Shown: positions 39,798 through 50,109, counted from the first letter of the stretch. The stretch: DNA of 64,000 bases from Sphingomonadales bacterium UBA6171 (GCA_002422985.1 DITZ01000048.1:15858-79857), one strand, 5' to 3'. The notes: generated by a model not told the origin, from the letters alone. Translations and numbers: made by a program.

Positions 39798-40868
39798 TCA
39801 GTAACCGGACAATGCGGCGAAACGGTCCCTCAGATAGCCTGATGAGCCCCAGCTCGCTTCCAGCACCCGCGCGCGCTTTAGGTAGAAGCCGACATTATAT
39901 TCGTCGGTCATCCCGATGCCGCCGTGCAGCTGGATTGCCTGATTGCTGATCGCGTGCAGAACGCGGTTCGCCTCGGCCTTGGCGACGGTCGCCGAACGGG
40001 CGACGCCAAAGCCCGCGTCAACAGCCTGAAGGCCCGCCTCGACCGCCGAGCGCATCTGCGCCAGGTCGGTGAACAGATCGGCCATACGATGTTGCAGCGC
40101 CTGGAAGCTGGCGAGCAGCTGATCGAACTGCACCCGCTGTTTCAGATAATCGAGCGTCATGTCGAACAGGGCCTGCGCCATGCCGAGCATTTCGGCCGCC
40201 GTCAGCAGCCGCGCCCGGTCCAGCACATCGTCGAGCAGACTGTCGCCGCCGCCCGCGAGCTTGTCGGCCGCAGCCCCTTCGAAGGCGACATCGGCATAGC
40301 TGCGCTGGTCGGTGAGCCGGCGGGTGGCCAGTAAAACGCCATCGCCCTTGTCGACAAGGTAAAGACCGTCCCTGGCGGCGACGATGAAGAGGTTGGCGCC
40401 ATGGGCTTCGGGCACAAAGGCCTTCCGGCCGCTGAGCCTGCCGCCCGATACTATTGTCCCGATGGCCAAGGGATGGTGATGCGCACCTTCATCGACTGCC
40501 AGCGTTGCCACGCTTTCACCGCTGGCGAGCCGGGGAAGCCATTTGGCCTTCTGCGCGTCGCTCCCGCCCAGCAGAATGGCGCTTGCCGCGATGCTTGTCG
40601 CCAGCAGCGGGCTTGCGGTCAGCGTCTTGCCCAGTTCCTCGACCACCAGGCCGGCCGACAGGAAGCCGAAATCCGATCCGCCATGGGCTTCGGGAATGAT
40701 GATGCCGGCCCAGCCCATCTGCGCCATCATGGCATAGGCGGCGCTGTTATAGGCCTGCGGTTCGCCAGCCGCGCGGACTTTGCGGAATTCCGAAACCGGG
40801 CTTTCGTTGGTGGCCCAGTTGCGCGCCATGTTGCGCAGCATTTCCTGTTCTTCGCTGAGAACTGCCAT
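39798..40868 (-). CDS. Acyl-CoA dehydrogenase, partner subunit
   Basis: LSEEQEMLR, RVQFDQLLASFQALQHR, IQLHGGIGMTDEY. Confidence 0.92.
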   Translation of the reverse strand: MAVLSEEQEMLRNMARNWATNESPVSEFRKVRAAGEPQAYNSAAYAMMAQMGWAGIIIPEAHGGSDFGFLSAGLVVEELGKTLTASPLLATSIAASAILLGGSDAQKAKWLPRLASGESVATLAVDEGAHHHPLAIGTIVSGGRLSGRKAFVPEAHGANLFIVAARDGLYLVDKGDGVLLATRRLTDQRSYADVAFEGAAADKLAGGGDSLLDDVLDRARLLTAAEMLGMAQALFDMTLDYLKQRVQFDQLLASFQALQHRMADLFTDLAQMRSAVEAGLQAVDAGFGVARSATVAKAEANRVLHAISNQAIQLHGGIGMTDEYNVGFYLKRARVLEASWGSSGYLRDRFAALSGY

Positions 40869-40886
40869 GGAGCTTTGCCCCCTCTC

Positions 40887-42098
40887 TTACTGGTGGTCGA
40901 GCATGCCGAGCACGCGCTTGGCGATGATATTGTTCTGGATTTCGGTCGAACCGCCGTAGATCGTCGATGCCTTGCCGAACAGCCAGCCGCGCACATCCTC
41001 GCGCTCGCTTTCGCTGAACGCGTCGCCTTCCCAGCCGAGGCCCTGAAGGCCGCGAATCACGATCAGCAGCTCGCTGCGCTCCTGACTCAGTCTGGTGCCG
41101 AGTTTCTTCAGCACCGAGCTGATCTCCGATACACCGCCTTGCGCCTTGCTTTCCTCCAGCGCCCGGCGCGCGGTGAGCAGGAAGCTGTTCCAGCGGATCT
41201 CGAAATCGGCGATCCGGTCGCGCAGCACCTTGTCGGCCAGCGCGCCATCACCGTCGGTTTCGCCATATGTCTTCGCGATATCGCCGAGGCTCTGGTCCAT
41301 CATGCCGGCAAGACGCCCACCGCCCGAAATATTCGTGCGCTCATGCTGGAGCAAGCGCTTGCCGATGGTCCAGCCCTCACCCTCCTTGCCCACAAGATTC
41401 GCCTTGGGCACCTTCACATCGGTGAAGAAGGTTTCGCAAAAGGGGCTGGTGCCGCTGATCATGGTGATCGGGCGGACTTCGACGCCCGGTGCGTCCATAT
41501 CGATCAGCAGGAAGCTGATGCCCTTGTGCTTGTCGGATCGGTCGGTGCGCACGAGGGCAAAGCATTTGTCCGCCCACTGGCCCCCGCTGGTCCAGGTCTT
41601 CTGGCCGTTGACGAGGTAGTGATCGCCCATGTCGGCGGCGAAGGTCTGAATATTCGCAAGGTCCGATCCGGCATTCGGCTCTGAATAGCCCTGGCACCAG
41701 CGGATCTCTCCACGACAGATTGGCGGGATATGCGCCCGCTTCTGCATCTCGTTGCCATATTCGAGCAGGGTCGGGCCGAACATCAACACGCCCATTCCGC
41801 CGATCGGATTATAAGCGCCGACCTTGGCAAATTCCTGCTCGACGATCCTGGCCTCGGCCCTGGTCAGCCCGCCCCCGCCATATTCCTTGGGCCAGGTCGG
41901 CGTACCCCAGCCGCGCTCGCCCACGGCCTCCCGCCATCGCTGCTGCACAGCGGTCTCGCTGGTGGGGCCGTCAAGCCCGGCAAGCAGATTGCCCTTGCCT
42001 TTGAGGTCTTCGGGGAAATTTGCGGCGAGGAATTGCCGCACTTCGGTGCGAAAGGCATCTGCGTTCGCATGGGCTTCGGATTCTAGCTGCGTTGCCAT
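40887..42098 (-). CDS. Acyl-CoA dehydrogenase
   Basis: WCQGYSEPNAGSDLAN, NGQKTWTS, LQHER, YGGSTEIQ. Confidence 0.94.
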   Translation of the reverse strand: MATQLESEAHANADAFRTEVRQFLAANFPEDLKGKGNLLAGLDGPTSETAVQQRWREAVGERGWGTPTWPKEYGGGGLTRAEARIVEQEFAKVGAYNPIGGMGVLMFGPTLLEYGNEMQKRAHIPPICRGEIRWCQGYSEPNAGSDLANIQTFAADMGDHYLVNGQKTWTSGGQWADKCFALVRTDRSDKHKGISFLLIDMDAPGVEVRPITMISGTSPFCETFFTDVKVPKANLVGKEGEGWTIGKRLLQHERTNISGGGRLAGMMDQSLGDIAKTYGETDGDGALADKVLRDRIADFEIRWNSFLLTARRALEESKAQGGVSEISSVLKKLGTRLSQERSELLIVIRGLQGLGWEGDAFSESEREDVRGWLFGKASTIYGGSTEIQNNIIAKRVLGMLDHQ

Positions 42099-42165
42099 GG
42101 AAACCTCTGTTCAAAAATCGACATCATGTCGCCCCGGACGGACAACACCGTATCACGCTATCCTG

Positions 42166-42495
42166 TCAATATTGCTGCTCGGGAACGTGCAGAATCAAAC
42201 CCTCCAATTTGGTCAGCATGGGGATCTGACAAGCCAGCCGGCTATATTCGTTGGCCCCCTCGGCAAATTGCAGGAGTTCGGCCTCCGCATTGCCCTGCTC
42301 CAGGCGGCCCACCCTGTCGATCCACGCCGGATCGACATGGACATGGCAGGTCGCACAGGCGCAGACGCCGCCGCAATCGCCGTCGATGCCCGGCACATTA
42401 TTGAAGAGCGCCGCTTCGCGCGCGGTTTCGCCTTCGGCTACCGCGACTTCCCGCCGCGTTCCATCGCTGGAAACGAACGTCACCTTGACCATCAT
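42166..42495 (-). CDS. [2Fe-2S] ferredoxin (putidaredoxin/adrenodoxin type)
   Basis: DCGGVCACATCHVHV...SRLACQ. Confidence 0.95.
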   Translation of the reverse strand: MMVKVTFVSSDGTRREVAVAEGETAREAALFNNVPGIDGDCGGVCACATCHVHVDPAWIDRVGRLEQGNAEAELLQFAEGANEYSRLACQIPMLTKLEGLILHVPEQQY

Positions 42496-42521
42496 AAGCT
42501 CCGTATTTCTGGTTCAGCCCA

Positions 42522-43799
42522 TCAACGGGCGTGCAGCCGCACCGGCAGCTTTGTGATCCCCCGCACAAAGTTCGAGAGCAGGCGCTCCGGCTCGCCGGTC
42601 ACTTCGATTTTCCTGAAACGCTTGTGAATCTCTTCCCAGACGATCCGCAATTGCAGTTCCGCCAGCCTGTTGCCCATGCAGCGATGGATGCCAAAGCCGA
42701 AGGACAGATGATGGCGCGGGTTCTGGCGGTCGATGATGAACTGGTCAGCCCGGTCGATGACCGTATCATCGCGGTTGCCCGACAGATACCACATCACCAC
42801 CTTCTCGCCCTTGCGGATCTGTTTGCCGCCAATCTCCCAGTCCTGCAACGCCGTGCGGCGCATATGGGTCAGCGGCGTCTGCCAGCGGATGATCTCCGGC
42901 ACCATGCTGGCGATCAGCGATGGATCGTCATTCAGCTTGCGATATTCATCGGGGTTCTGATTGAGCGCCAGCACACCGCCGCTGATCGAATTGCGCGTTG
43001 TGTCATTGCCGCCCACGATCAGCAGCAGCAGATTGCCCAGAAATTCAAGGAAGGGCATATTCTGTGTCGCCGGCGAATGCGCCATGATGGAAATCAGGTC
43101 ATTCTTTGGTTCCTCATTGACGCGCTGGTCCCACAGGCCCTTGAAATACATCGCGCATTCGATGAGCTCCTGGCGCCGCGCCTCATAGGATTCAACGATG
43201 CCGGTTTCCGGTGCGGCCGTTGTGATGTCGGACCAGCGCGTGAGCTTGCGCCGCTCCTCCCACGGGAAGTCGAACAGGGTTGCAAGCGTCATGGTGGTCA
43301 ATTCGATCGAGACCTTGTCGACCCAGTCAATATCCTCGCCCACCGGCAGATCATCGAGGATCTGGCACGCCCGTTCGCGGATTGTCGGCTCAAGCAACAG
43401 CAGATTGGACGGCGCGACCGCGGGGCTGACCGCCTTTCGCTGCTGGTCATGCTTGGGCGGGTCCATGGCGATGAACATTTCAAGCTCAAGCGCGCCTTCC
43501 ACCGAATGCATGTCCTGAATGGCGATGCCGCCGAGCTTCGCCTCCGACGAAAAGACCTTGTGGTTGGTTTCTACAGCCATGATGTCGTTGAACTTGGTGA
43601 TCGACCAATAAGGCCCGACATAGCTTTCGCGGCAATAATGGACCGGCTCCTCCTTGCGCAGCCGGTCGAAGAACAGGCCGATCGTATCCTTCTGATAAAG
43701 GCTCGGCCGCGCGACATCGATATCCCCGATCGGAATGGTCGCGATTTTTTCGGCCGTGTCCGGCTCCATCATATCCGGCTCTATCGTGTCGGTGCTCAT
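42522..43799 (-). CDS. Cytochrome P450, CYP153 family (alkane/terminal hydroxylase)
   Basis: MFIAMDPPKHD, LLIVGGNDTTRNS, EIIRWQTPL, HLSFGFGIHRCMGNRLAE. Confidence 0.93.
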   Translation of the reverse strand: MSTDTIEPDMMEPDTAEKIATIPIGDIDVARPSLYQKDTIGLFFDRLRKEEPVHYCRESYVGPYWSITKFNDIMAVETNHKVFSSEAKLGGIAIQDMHSVEGALELEMFIAMDPPKHDQQRKAVSPAVAPSNLLLLEPTIRERACQILDDLPVGEDIDWVDKVSIELTTMTLATLFDFPWEERRKLTRWSDITTAAPETGIVESYEARRQELIECAMYFKGLWDQRVNEEPKNDLISIMAHSPATQNMPFLEFLGNLLLLIVGGNDTTRNSISGGVLALNQNPDEYRKLNDDPSLIASMVPEIIRWQTPLTHMRRTALQDWEIGGKQIRKGEKVVMWYLSGNRDDTVIDRADQFIIDRQNPRHHLSFGFGIHRCMGNRLAELQLRIVWEEIHKRFRKIEVTGEPERLLSNFVRGITKLPVRLHAR

Positions 43800-44040
43800 G
43801 TCCTGTCCTCCATCCCCGTCAGGCCCTGGCCTGCCCCATCCGGCCCCGTCCCATCAGGCTCCATCCCCATCCGGCAGATCCGCCACTATCCGGAACGGTA
43901 AATGTTTCGCGCTGGTGGGTCAAGAAACCTTATACTGTTTTTCACCACCTTGAGTCGCGCCATGGACTTTATACATGGACGCTGGACATATCAACGGATT
44001 AACCCTTATAAGCATTCCATCAAAGGAGCGACTCCCAGAG

Positions 44041-44781
44041 ATGCAGCCGAAGGTCGATGACGCGAAAAAAACCAAGCGTGCGCTGACGCTTGCGCAGGAC
44101 ATTGTTCGCGATATCGAAGCCGGCGCCCATGTGGCCGGCGACCGGTTGCCGCGCGAGGACGAGATGCTGGCGCGCTATGAAGTCGCCAGGGCGACCCTGC
44201 GCGAAGCGCTCCGCTTTCTTGAACTTCAGGGTGTCATCCATCTGCAATTGGGCCGCGGCGGCGGGCCGGTGGTGGCGCGCCCGCAAACCGGCGATTTCGC
44301 CAGCAGTTTCTCGCTGATCCTGCATTTCATGGAGGCGGACCTGAGGGGCCTGCTGGAATTGCGCGAGGCGATCGCGCCCGATGTTGCGGCCTATGCTGCG
44401 CAGCGCGCGACCACGGCCGATCTGAGCGCGCTTGCCGATTGCCTGAACGAGCTGGAGCATAATGCGGCCGGAAGCCGGTTCGAGGAGCTGAACCGCCGCT
44501 TTCACGACATGCTCGGCTGGGCCAGCGGCAATCCGCTCTTCGGCCTGCTGACCTCCACCATGCATTTGCTGACCCGCGAATTCTCGCGCTCGCTGGGCTA
44601 TTCGGCGCAGGAACGGGCGGTCCAGCTGCGATTCCTGCGCCATGTGCTCGAAGCCGTGCGCACCGGCGATGCCGTCGCGGCCCGGCACGCCATGGCCCGT
44701 CTGGTGGCCGGCTCGGCCACCTATCTTGCCGAAAGAAGCCCCGAGCTCGTATCCCAGAAGGTCCGGTGGGGCCAGATATAA
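44041..44781 (+). CDS. FadR/GntR family regulator
   Basis: GDRLPREDEMLARYEVARATLREALRFLE...GRGGG; divergent from CYP153. Confidence 0.92.
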   Translation: MQPKVDDAKKTKRALTLAQDIVRDIEAGAHVAGDRLPREDEMLARYEVARATLREALRFLELQGVIHLQLGRGGGPVVARPQTGDFASSFSLILHFMEADLRGLLELREAIAPDVAAYAAQRATTADLSALADCLNELEHNAAGSRFEELNRRFHDMLGWASGNPLFGLLTSTMHLLTREFSRSLGYSAQERAVQLRFLRHVLEAVRTGDAVAARHAMARLVAGSATYLAERSPELVSQKVRWGQI

Positions 44782-44832
44782 CAGGCCAGATATAACAGAG
44801 CAGATTATAGCAGATATAACAGCAGATATAAA
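44771..44832 (+). repeat. Five degenerate CAGATATAAC direct repeats
   Basis: Copies at 44773, 44787, 44801 (CAGATTATAG), 44811 and 44823. Confidence 0.75.
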
Positions 44833-44875
44833 AACGGGCGCCGGTAAAAAGGCGCGGGATGGAGGAGGCAGAATA

Positions 44876-46018
44876 ATGGCGCTCAAAAGCCGCATCTGTG
44901 AGATTCTCGGGATCGAATATCCGATCCTTCTGGCCGGAATGGGCGGGGCGAGCGTTCCCGCGCTCGCAGCCGCGGTATCCAATGCCGGGGGGCTTGGCGT
45001 TCTCGGCGCGGCGGCCTGCTCGCCGGACCAGTTGCGCAGCTGGATCCGCCAGACCCGCGAGATGACCGACAAGCCGTTCGGGGTCGATACGCTGCTGCCG
45101 GCCTCCGTCCGGCGCGGTTCGGCACCGCAAAGCGGCGGCGCGCCGGAAAACCCGATGGCCCTGCTCGACGACTACCGGCAGTTCACCCGCGAGTTCATGG
45201 AGCGCGAGCATCTGCCCGCCGTCGATGCCGCCATGGCCATGCGCGCGGCGGGCGCGCCGGAAATGGGCAAGCGCGGGCCGCAACTGTTCTCGCGGGAATT
45301 TTTCGAGGCGCAGATGGAAGTGGTGATCGAGGAAAAGGTGCCGGTCTATGCCGCGGGCCTTGGCAATCCCGAACCATGGATGGACCGGCTTCATGCCAAT
45401 GGCACCAAGGTCATGGCGGTCATCGGCAAGGTGAAGCACGCCCGGCAGGTGGTCGATTCCGGCATCGACCTGATTGTGGCGCAGGGTCATGATGGCGGCG
45501 GCCACAATTCCCCCATCGGAACCTTCTCGCTGATTCCGCAGGTGGTTGATGCGGTGGGCGATCGGGTGCCGGTGATCGGTGCGGGCGGAATCGCCGATGG
45601 CCGCGGGGTCGCCGCGGCGATGATGCTGGGAGCCGATGGCGCGTGGATCGGCTCGGCGTTCCTGGCAACCGATGAAGCCGGCATCGAACGGTTCCAGAAG
45701 GAGGCAATCGTCGAAAGCGTTGATGCGGATACGGTCGTCAGCCGCTCGCTGACCGGCAAGCCGGCGCGCATGATCCGCAACAAATGGGCCGATGCCTGGG
45801 TTGCGGCGGGCAAGGAGCCGCTTCCCATGCCCTACCAGTCGATGATTTCAGGGCCGGTCATGGCCGCGGGCATCAAGGCTGAGCGCAAGGACATCTACCC
45901 CGGCTTCGCGGGTCAGGGCATCGGCCTGATCGGCGCGATCCGCCCGGCCGCGGAGGTGATGCGCGATCTGGTGGAGGGGGCCGAAAGGGCGCTGGCCGCT
46001 GCCAGATTCTATGCCTGA
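44876..46018 (+). CDS. Nitronate monooxygenase / FabK-like flavoprotein
   Basis: YPILLAGMGG, AAVSNAGGLG, AQGHDGGGH, GAGGIADGRG. Confidence 0.9.
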   Translation: MALKSRICEILGIEYPILLAGMGGASVPALAAAVSNAGGLGVLGAAACSPDQLRSWIRQTREMTDKPFGVDTLLPASVRRGSAPQSGGAPENPMALLDDYRQFTREFMEREHLPAVDAAMAMRAAGAPEMGKRGPQLFSREFFEAQMEVVIEEKVPVYAAGLGNPEPWMDRLHANGTKVMAVIGKVKHARQVVDSGIDLIVAQGHDGGGHNSPIGTFSLIPQVVDAVGDRVPVIGAGGIADGRGVAAAMMLGADGAWIGSAFLATDEAGIERFQKEAIVESVDADTVVSRSLTGKPARMIRNKWADAWVAAGKEPLPMPYQSMISGPVMAAGIKAERKDIYPGFAGQGIGLIGAIRPAAEVMRDLVEGAERALAAARFYA

Positions 46019-46042
46019 CCGGCGGCAAGACAGGGACGCGGC

Positions 46043-47233
46043 ATGAACCGTTCACACAGCATTTCCTTTGCCGACAAAGCCGCCATAACCGGCGTGGGCG
46101 AAACCGCATTCGTCAAGGGCACCGAACGCACCGCGGTGGACATGATGCTCGACGCGTCGCGCCGGGCCATCGCCGATGCCGGGCTGAAGCCATCCGATAT
46201 CGACGGCATGGTGCCACCGCCGATCTATACGACGTCGGAGGAAATGGCCGCCAATCTCGGCATCGATGTGCTGCGCTATGCGGCCACCGTGCATATGGGC
46301 GGCGCCAGTCCGACGACGGCGCTGCAGAATGCGGCAATGGCAATCGCCAGCGGCCTTTGCGATCATGTGCTCGTAACGCTGGGCTGGAACGGCTATTCCG
46401 CGCTCAGGCCCAAGCCGGGTGCCCCGCCCACCCGGCCGATGAACATGAACACGCTGACCAATACCATCCAGGGCTATTATATCCCCTATGGCGTGTTCCT
46501 GCCGGTGCAGATGTATGCCTGGCTGGCGACGCGCCATTCGAAGCTCTATGGCGTCGGCGCGGATGCGATGGCGGCCGTGGCGCTTACCTGCCGCCGTCAT
46601 GCGCAGTTGAATCCGCGCGCCTTTACCTATGGTCGCGAACTGGATGCGCAAACCTATCATTCGGCGCGCTGGATATCCGAGCCTTTCCGCCTCTACGACT
46701 GCTGCCTTGAAACCGATGGCGCCTGCGCGGTCGTCATCTCGCGCATGGATCGGGCCAGAGACATGCCGCATGTGCCCGTCAGCATCGCCGGCGCCGCCGA
46801 AGGCCACCCCTATCCCGCCGACGACATCCCGTCCCGGCCCGACCCCTTCAAGATCGGTCTCAGCTATGCCGCCCCGCGCGCCTTCGACATGGCCGGCGTC
46901 ACCCGCGCGGACATGGACTTTCTGCAAATCTATGATTGCTTCACCTATGTCGTATTGCTGCAACTCGAAGCGCTGGGCTATTGCGAACCGGGCGGACAAT
47001 CCGAATTCGTCGCCAATGGCCAGATCGAGCTGGGCGGACGCTTTCCGATCAACACCCATGGCGGCCTGCTGAGCGAAGCGCATGTCTGGGGCCTCAATCA
47101 TATCGTGGAGGCCGTGCGCCAACTGCGCCACGACTGCGGCGAGCGTCAGGTGCCGGGGGCGCAGACCGGGCTGGTAACCGGATGGGGCGATCTCGGCGAC
47201 GGCAGCATCGCCATCCTCAGGAGGTTTGCATGA
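46043..47233 (+). CDS. Thiolase-like protein lacking the nucleophilic Cys (Ltp2/lipid-transfer type)
   Basis: [15 protein letters not shown] at the Cys position, [27 protein letters not shown]. Confidence 0.85.
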   Translation: MNRSHSISFADKAAITGVGETAFVKGTERTAVDMMLDASRRAIADAGLKPSDIDGMVPPPIYTTSEEMAANLGIDVLRYAATVHMGGASPTTALQNAAMAIASGLCDHVLVTLGWNGYSALRPKPGAPPTRPMNMNTLTNTIQGYYIPYGVFLPVQMYAWLATRHSKLYGVGADAMAAVALTCRRHAQLNPRAFTYGRELDAQTYHSARWISEPFRLYDCCLETDGACAVVISRMDRARDMPHVPVSIAGAAEGHPYPADDIPSRPDPFKIGLSYAAPRAFDMAGVTRADMDFLQIYDCFTYVVLLQLEALGYCEPGGQSEFVANGQIELGGRFPINTHGGLLSEAHVWGLNHIVEAVRQLRHDCGERQVPGAQTGLVTGWGDLGDGSIAILRRFA

Positions 47234-47703
47234 GCGACGAGCGCGATCTGCCCCCCAAAATGCGGCGCGCGGACCAGAATGGCGCGCAGAAAGCACCGCC
47301 CAAGCCGCTGCCGCGCCCGCAGGACCCGGTCGAACGGGAATTCTGGAAGCGGTGCCAGGACGGCCATCTCTATTTCCAGCGTTGTGGCGGTTGCGGCCGC
47401 TTCCGCCACCTGCCGCGCTATATGTGCGCGGGGTGCGGCTCGCCGGAATTTTCCTGGGAACGCAGCAGCGGCAAAGGCATCCTCTTTTCCTGGACCATCA
47501 CCCACCAGGCTCTCCACCCGGCATTTGCCGACGAAATCCCCTTTGTGGCGGCGGTGGTGGAACTGGAAGAGGGCGTGCGCATGGCCACGCGGCTGATTGA
47601 TTGCGATCATGAGAGGCTTGAACTCGACCTGCCGGTGGAAGTGGATTTCGAACTGATCGGGACGGACTTCCGCCTGCCGGTTTTCCGCCTGTGTGAAAGA
47701 TAG
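47230..47703 (+). CDS. DUF35 Zn-ribbon/OB-fold protein (like the ChsH2 C-terminal domain)
   Basis: QRCGGCG...[30 protein letters not shown]. Confidence 0.9.
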   Translation: MSDERDLPPKMRRADQNGAQKAPPKPLPRPQDPVEREFWKRCQDGHLYFQRCGGCGRFRHLPRYMCAGCGSPEFSWERSSGKGILFSWTITHQALHPAFADEIPFVAAVVELEEGVRMATRLIDCDHERLELDLPVEVDFELIGTDFRLPVFRLCER

Positions 47704-47710
47704 CAGCGCC

Positions 47711-48961
47711 ATGGATCTCGAATATGGACCCGAATATGATGCGTTCCGCCATGAGCTGCGCGCTTTCATCGACGCGCACCGCCATCTGGCGCCGCCTTCT
47801 GCCGATCGGGCGGCCAGACCCTCGCCGGCGTCGGTCGCCTGGCAAAAGCTGCTGATCGCGCACGGCTATGCCGCGCGGACGATCCCGAAGGAATATGGCG
47901 GCTATGGCGCCGAGCCGGATATATTGAAATCGCGCATCATCGCGGAGGAATTTTCACGCGCCGGCGTGCCGGGCGGGCTGGCCAATCAGGGAATCTCGAT
48001 GTTCGTGCCGACCCTGCTGGAGCTAGGCACCGAGGAACAGAAGCGGCGCTGGATCGCGCCGACGCTGAAGGGCGAGGTCGTCTGGTGCCAGGGCTATTCC
48101 GAACCCGGTGCCGGGTCGGACCTTGCCAACCTCAAAACCAGCGCGCGGGTCGAACAGGGTGAATTCGTCATCAATGGCCAGAAAATCTGGACCAGCACGG
48201 CAAAACAGGCCGACATGATCTTCTGCCTCGTCCGGACCGAAGCCGACGCGCCCAAACATAGCGGCATTTCCTACCTGATCTTTTCGATGGACACGCCCGG
48301 CATCGAGGTTCGCCCCCTGAAGACGATGACCGGGCACGCCGAGTTCAACGAGACCTTCTTCACCGATGTGCGCGTGCCGGTGGACCAGATCGTCGGCCAG
48401 CGCGGACAGGGCTGGTTCGTCGCGAACGCCACCCTCGGCCATGAGCGCGGCATGCTGGGCGATCCAGATGCGCTCGAAAATCGGCTGCAGGCGCTGATCA
48501 CGCTGATGCGCGAAGAGCGGATCGGACAAGATCGCGCCATCGACAATCCGCTGCTGCGCGACCGGCTGGTGGCGCTGCAAGCCGAAGTGGCGGCGATGAA
48601 ATATAATGGGATGCGCATCCTGTCGAACAGCCTGCGGGGAGAGCCGGGCGGCATGGCGAAGCTGATCGTCAAGCTGCAAAGCTGTGAGCTGGCGCACCAG
48701 ATTTCCGCGCTGGCAATCGATGCTTTGGGCGAACTGGGCATTCTCTATCACCACAGCCCGCGCGAACGCGACCGGGGGGCGTGGCAATGGAATTATATGT
48801 TCCAGCTCGGCCTCATCATCGGCGGCGGAACCGCGCAGATCCAGAAGAATATCATCGCCGAACGCGGCCTCGACATGCCGCGCGAGCCGAAAGTGGCGAA
48901 GATTCCGGATGCGGGGCAGAAATCCACCGGCATGGCACGTCAGAAGCAGGGGGCAGACTGA
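47711..48961 (+). CDS. Acyl-CoA dehydrogenase
   Basis: WCQGYSEPGAGSDLAN, GQKIWTS, LGHERG, GGGTAQIQKNII. Confidence 0.94.
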   Translation: MDLEYGPEYDAFRHELRAFIDAHRHLAPPSADRAARPSPASVAWQKLLIAHGYAARTIPKEYGGYGAEPDILKSRIIAEEFSRAGVPGGLANQGISMFVPTLLELGTEEQKRRWIAPTLKGEVVWCQGYSEPGAGSDLANLKTSARVEQGEFVINGQKIWTSTAKQADMIFCLVRTEADAPKHSGISYLIFSMDTPGIEVRPLKTMTGHAEFNETFFTDVRVPVDQIVGQRGQGWFVANATLGHERGMLGDPDALENRLQALITLMREERIGQDRAIDNPLLRDRLVALQAEVAAMKYNGMRILSNSLRGEPGGMAKLIVKLQSCELAHQISALAIDALGELGILYHHSPRERDRGAWQWNYMFQLGLIIGGGTAQIQKNIIAERGLDMPREPKVAKIPDAGQKSTGMARQKQGAD

Positions 48962-50052
48962 TGGATTTCGGACTTTCGCAGGACCAGCGGATGCTGCGCG
49001 ACGCGGTTTCGCGCTGCCTTGCCGATCACTGCCCGCTCGACCATGTCCGCGAATGTGCGGACCGGGACAGCACGTTCAGCGACAAGGTGCTGCACGCGCT
49101 GCACGCACTGGGAATAGCCGGGATGCTGGTTCCCGAAGCCTATGGCGGCCTCGGCATGACCCTGCTGGACGCGGCGGTGGTCGCGGAACAGCTCGCCTAT
49201 GCGGTTGCCCCGGTGCCCTTTCTTGCCAGTCATGTTCTGGCCCCGATCGCGCTGAGCGAGGCCGGCAGCGCGGCGCAAAAGGCCCGGTGGCTGCCGAAGA
49301 TCACAAGCGGCGCGGCGCGCATTGGTGTCGCGATTGCCGAGACCATCGAAGCGCGCGACGGCGCGGGGGTTGCTTCCACCGCCGGCAAGCTCAACGGCAC
49401 CGCCTTGTTCTGCCTCGATTTCGAGGGTGCCGACGCCTATATTGTGGCCGACGCCGGCGGCAGGCTGCACCTCGTCGACGCCAAAGCCCCCGGGCTGGAG
49501 ACCATCGCGCTGACGACCATCGATCGCACCCGCAGCGTCGGGGAATTGCGTTTCGAAGGGACCGGGGCGGAACCATTAATCGACGATGGCGGCGTTACAA
49601 CCGCCCGGCTGCGGGATGCCGGCCGGGTGATCCTCGCCGCCGACAGCCTTGGCGCCGGCCAGGCCATGATCGAAAAATCTGTCGAATATGCCGGGCAGCG
49701 CGAACAGTTCGGCCGCCTGATCGGCAGTTTCCAGGCGGTGAAGCATATGTGCGCCGAGATGGCCGCCCGGCATGAACCCTGCCGCTCGCTCGTCTGGTAT
49801 GCCGCCCATGCGTTTGACGCGATGCCCCAGGAAGCCGCGCTCGTCGCCTGCCATGCGAAATCCCACACCGGCGAAGTCCATCGATTTGTCGCCCGCACGT
49901 CCACCGAAGTGCATGGCGGCATGGGCTTCACCGACCTGCTTGGCCTGCATTATTGGTTCAAACGGATCGGCTTTGACCGGCAGGTGCTGGGCGGGCCGGA
50001 AACGGTGCGGGCCGAGGCGGCGGCACTGCAAGGCTGGACCAAAGCCGCCTGA
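48961..50052 (+). CDS. Acyl-CoA dehydrogenase, partner subunit
   Basis: MDFGLSQDQ, REQFGRLIGSFQAVKH, VHGGMGFT; TGATG coupling. Confidence 0.92.
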   Translation: MDFGLSQDQRMLRDAVSRCLADHCPLDHVRECADRDSTFSDKVLHALHALGIAGMLVPEAYGGLGMTLLDAAVVAEQLAYAVAPVPFLASHVLAPIALSEAGSAAQKARWLPKITSGAARIGVAIAETIEARDGAGVASTAGKLNGTALFCLDFEGADAYIVADAGGRLHLVDAKAPGLETIALTTIDRTRSVGELRFEGTGAEPLIDDGGVTTARLRDAGRVILAADSLGAGQAMIEKSVEYAGQREQFGRLIGSFQAVKHMCAEMAARHEPCRSLVWYAAHAFDAMPQEAALVACHAKSHTGEVHRFVARTSTEVHGGMGFTDLLGLHYWFKRIGFDRQVLGGPETVRAEAAALQGWTKAA

Positions 50053-50109
50053 TTTACTGCCGGGAGACGTGCGCGTGAGACGCCGCCCCGCCGGGAGAGG
50101 AGAAGCGAT

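Noticed and set aside
44771-44832. Possible mini-CRISPR (also considered 6164-6230 and 8826-8857)
   Set aside because: Repeats are too short, have no unique spacers of regular length, and no cas genes are present
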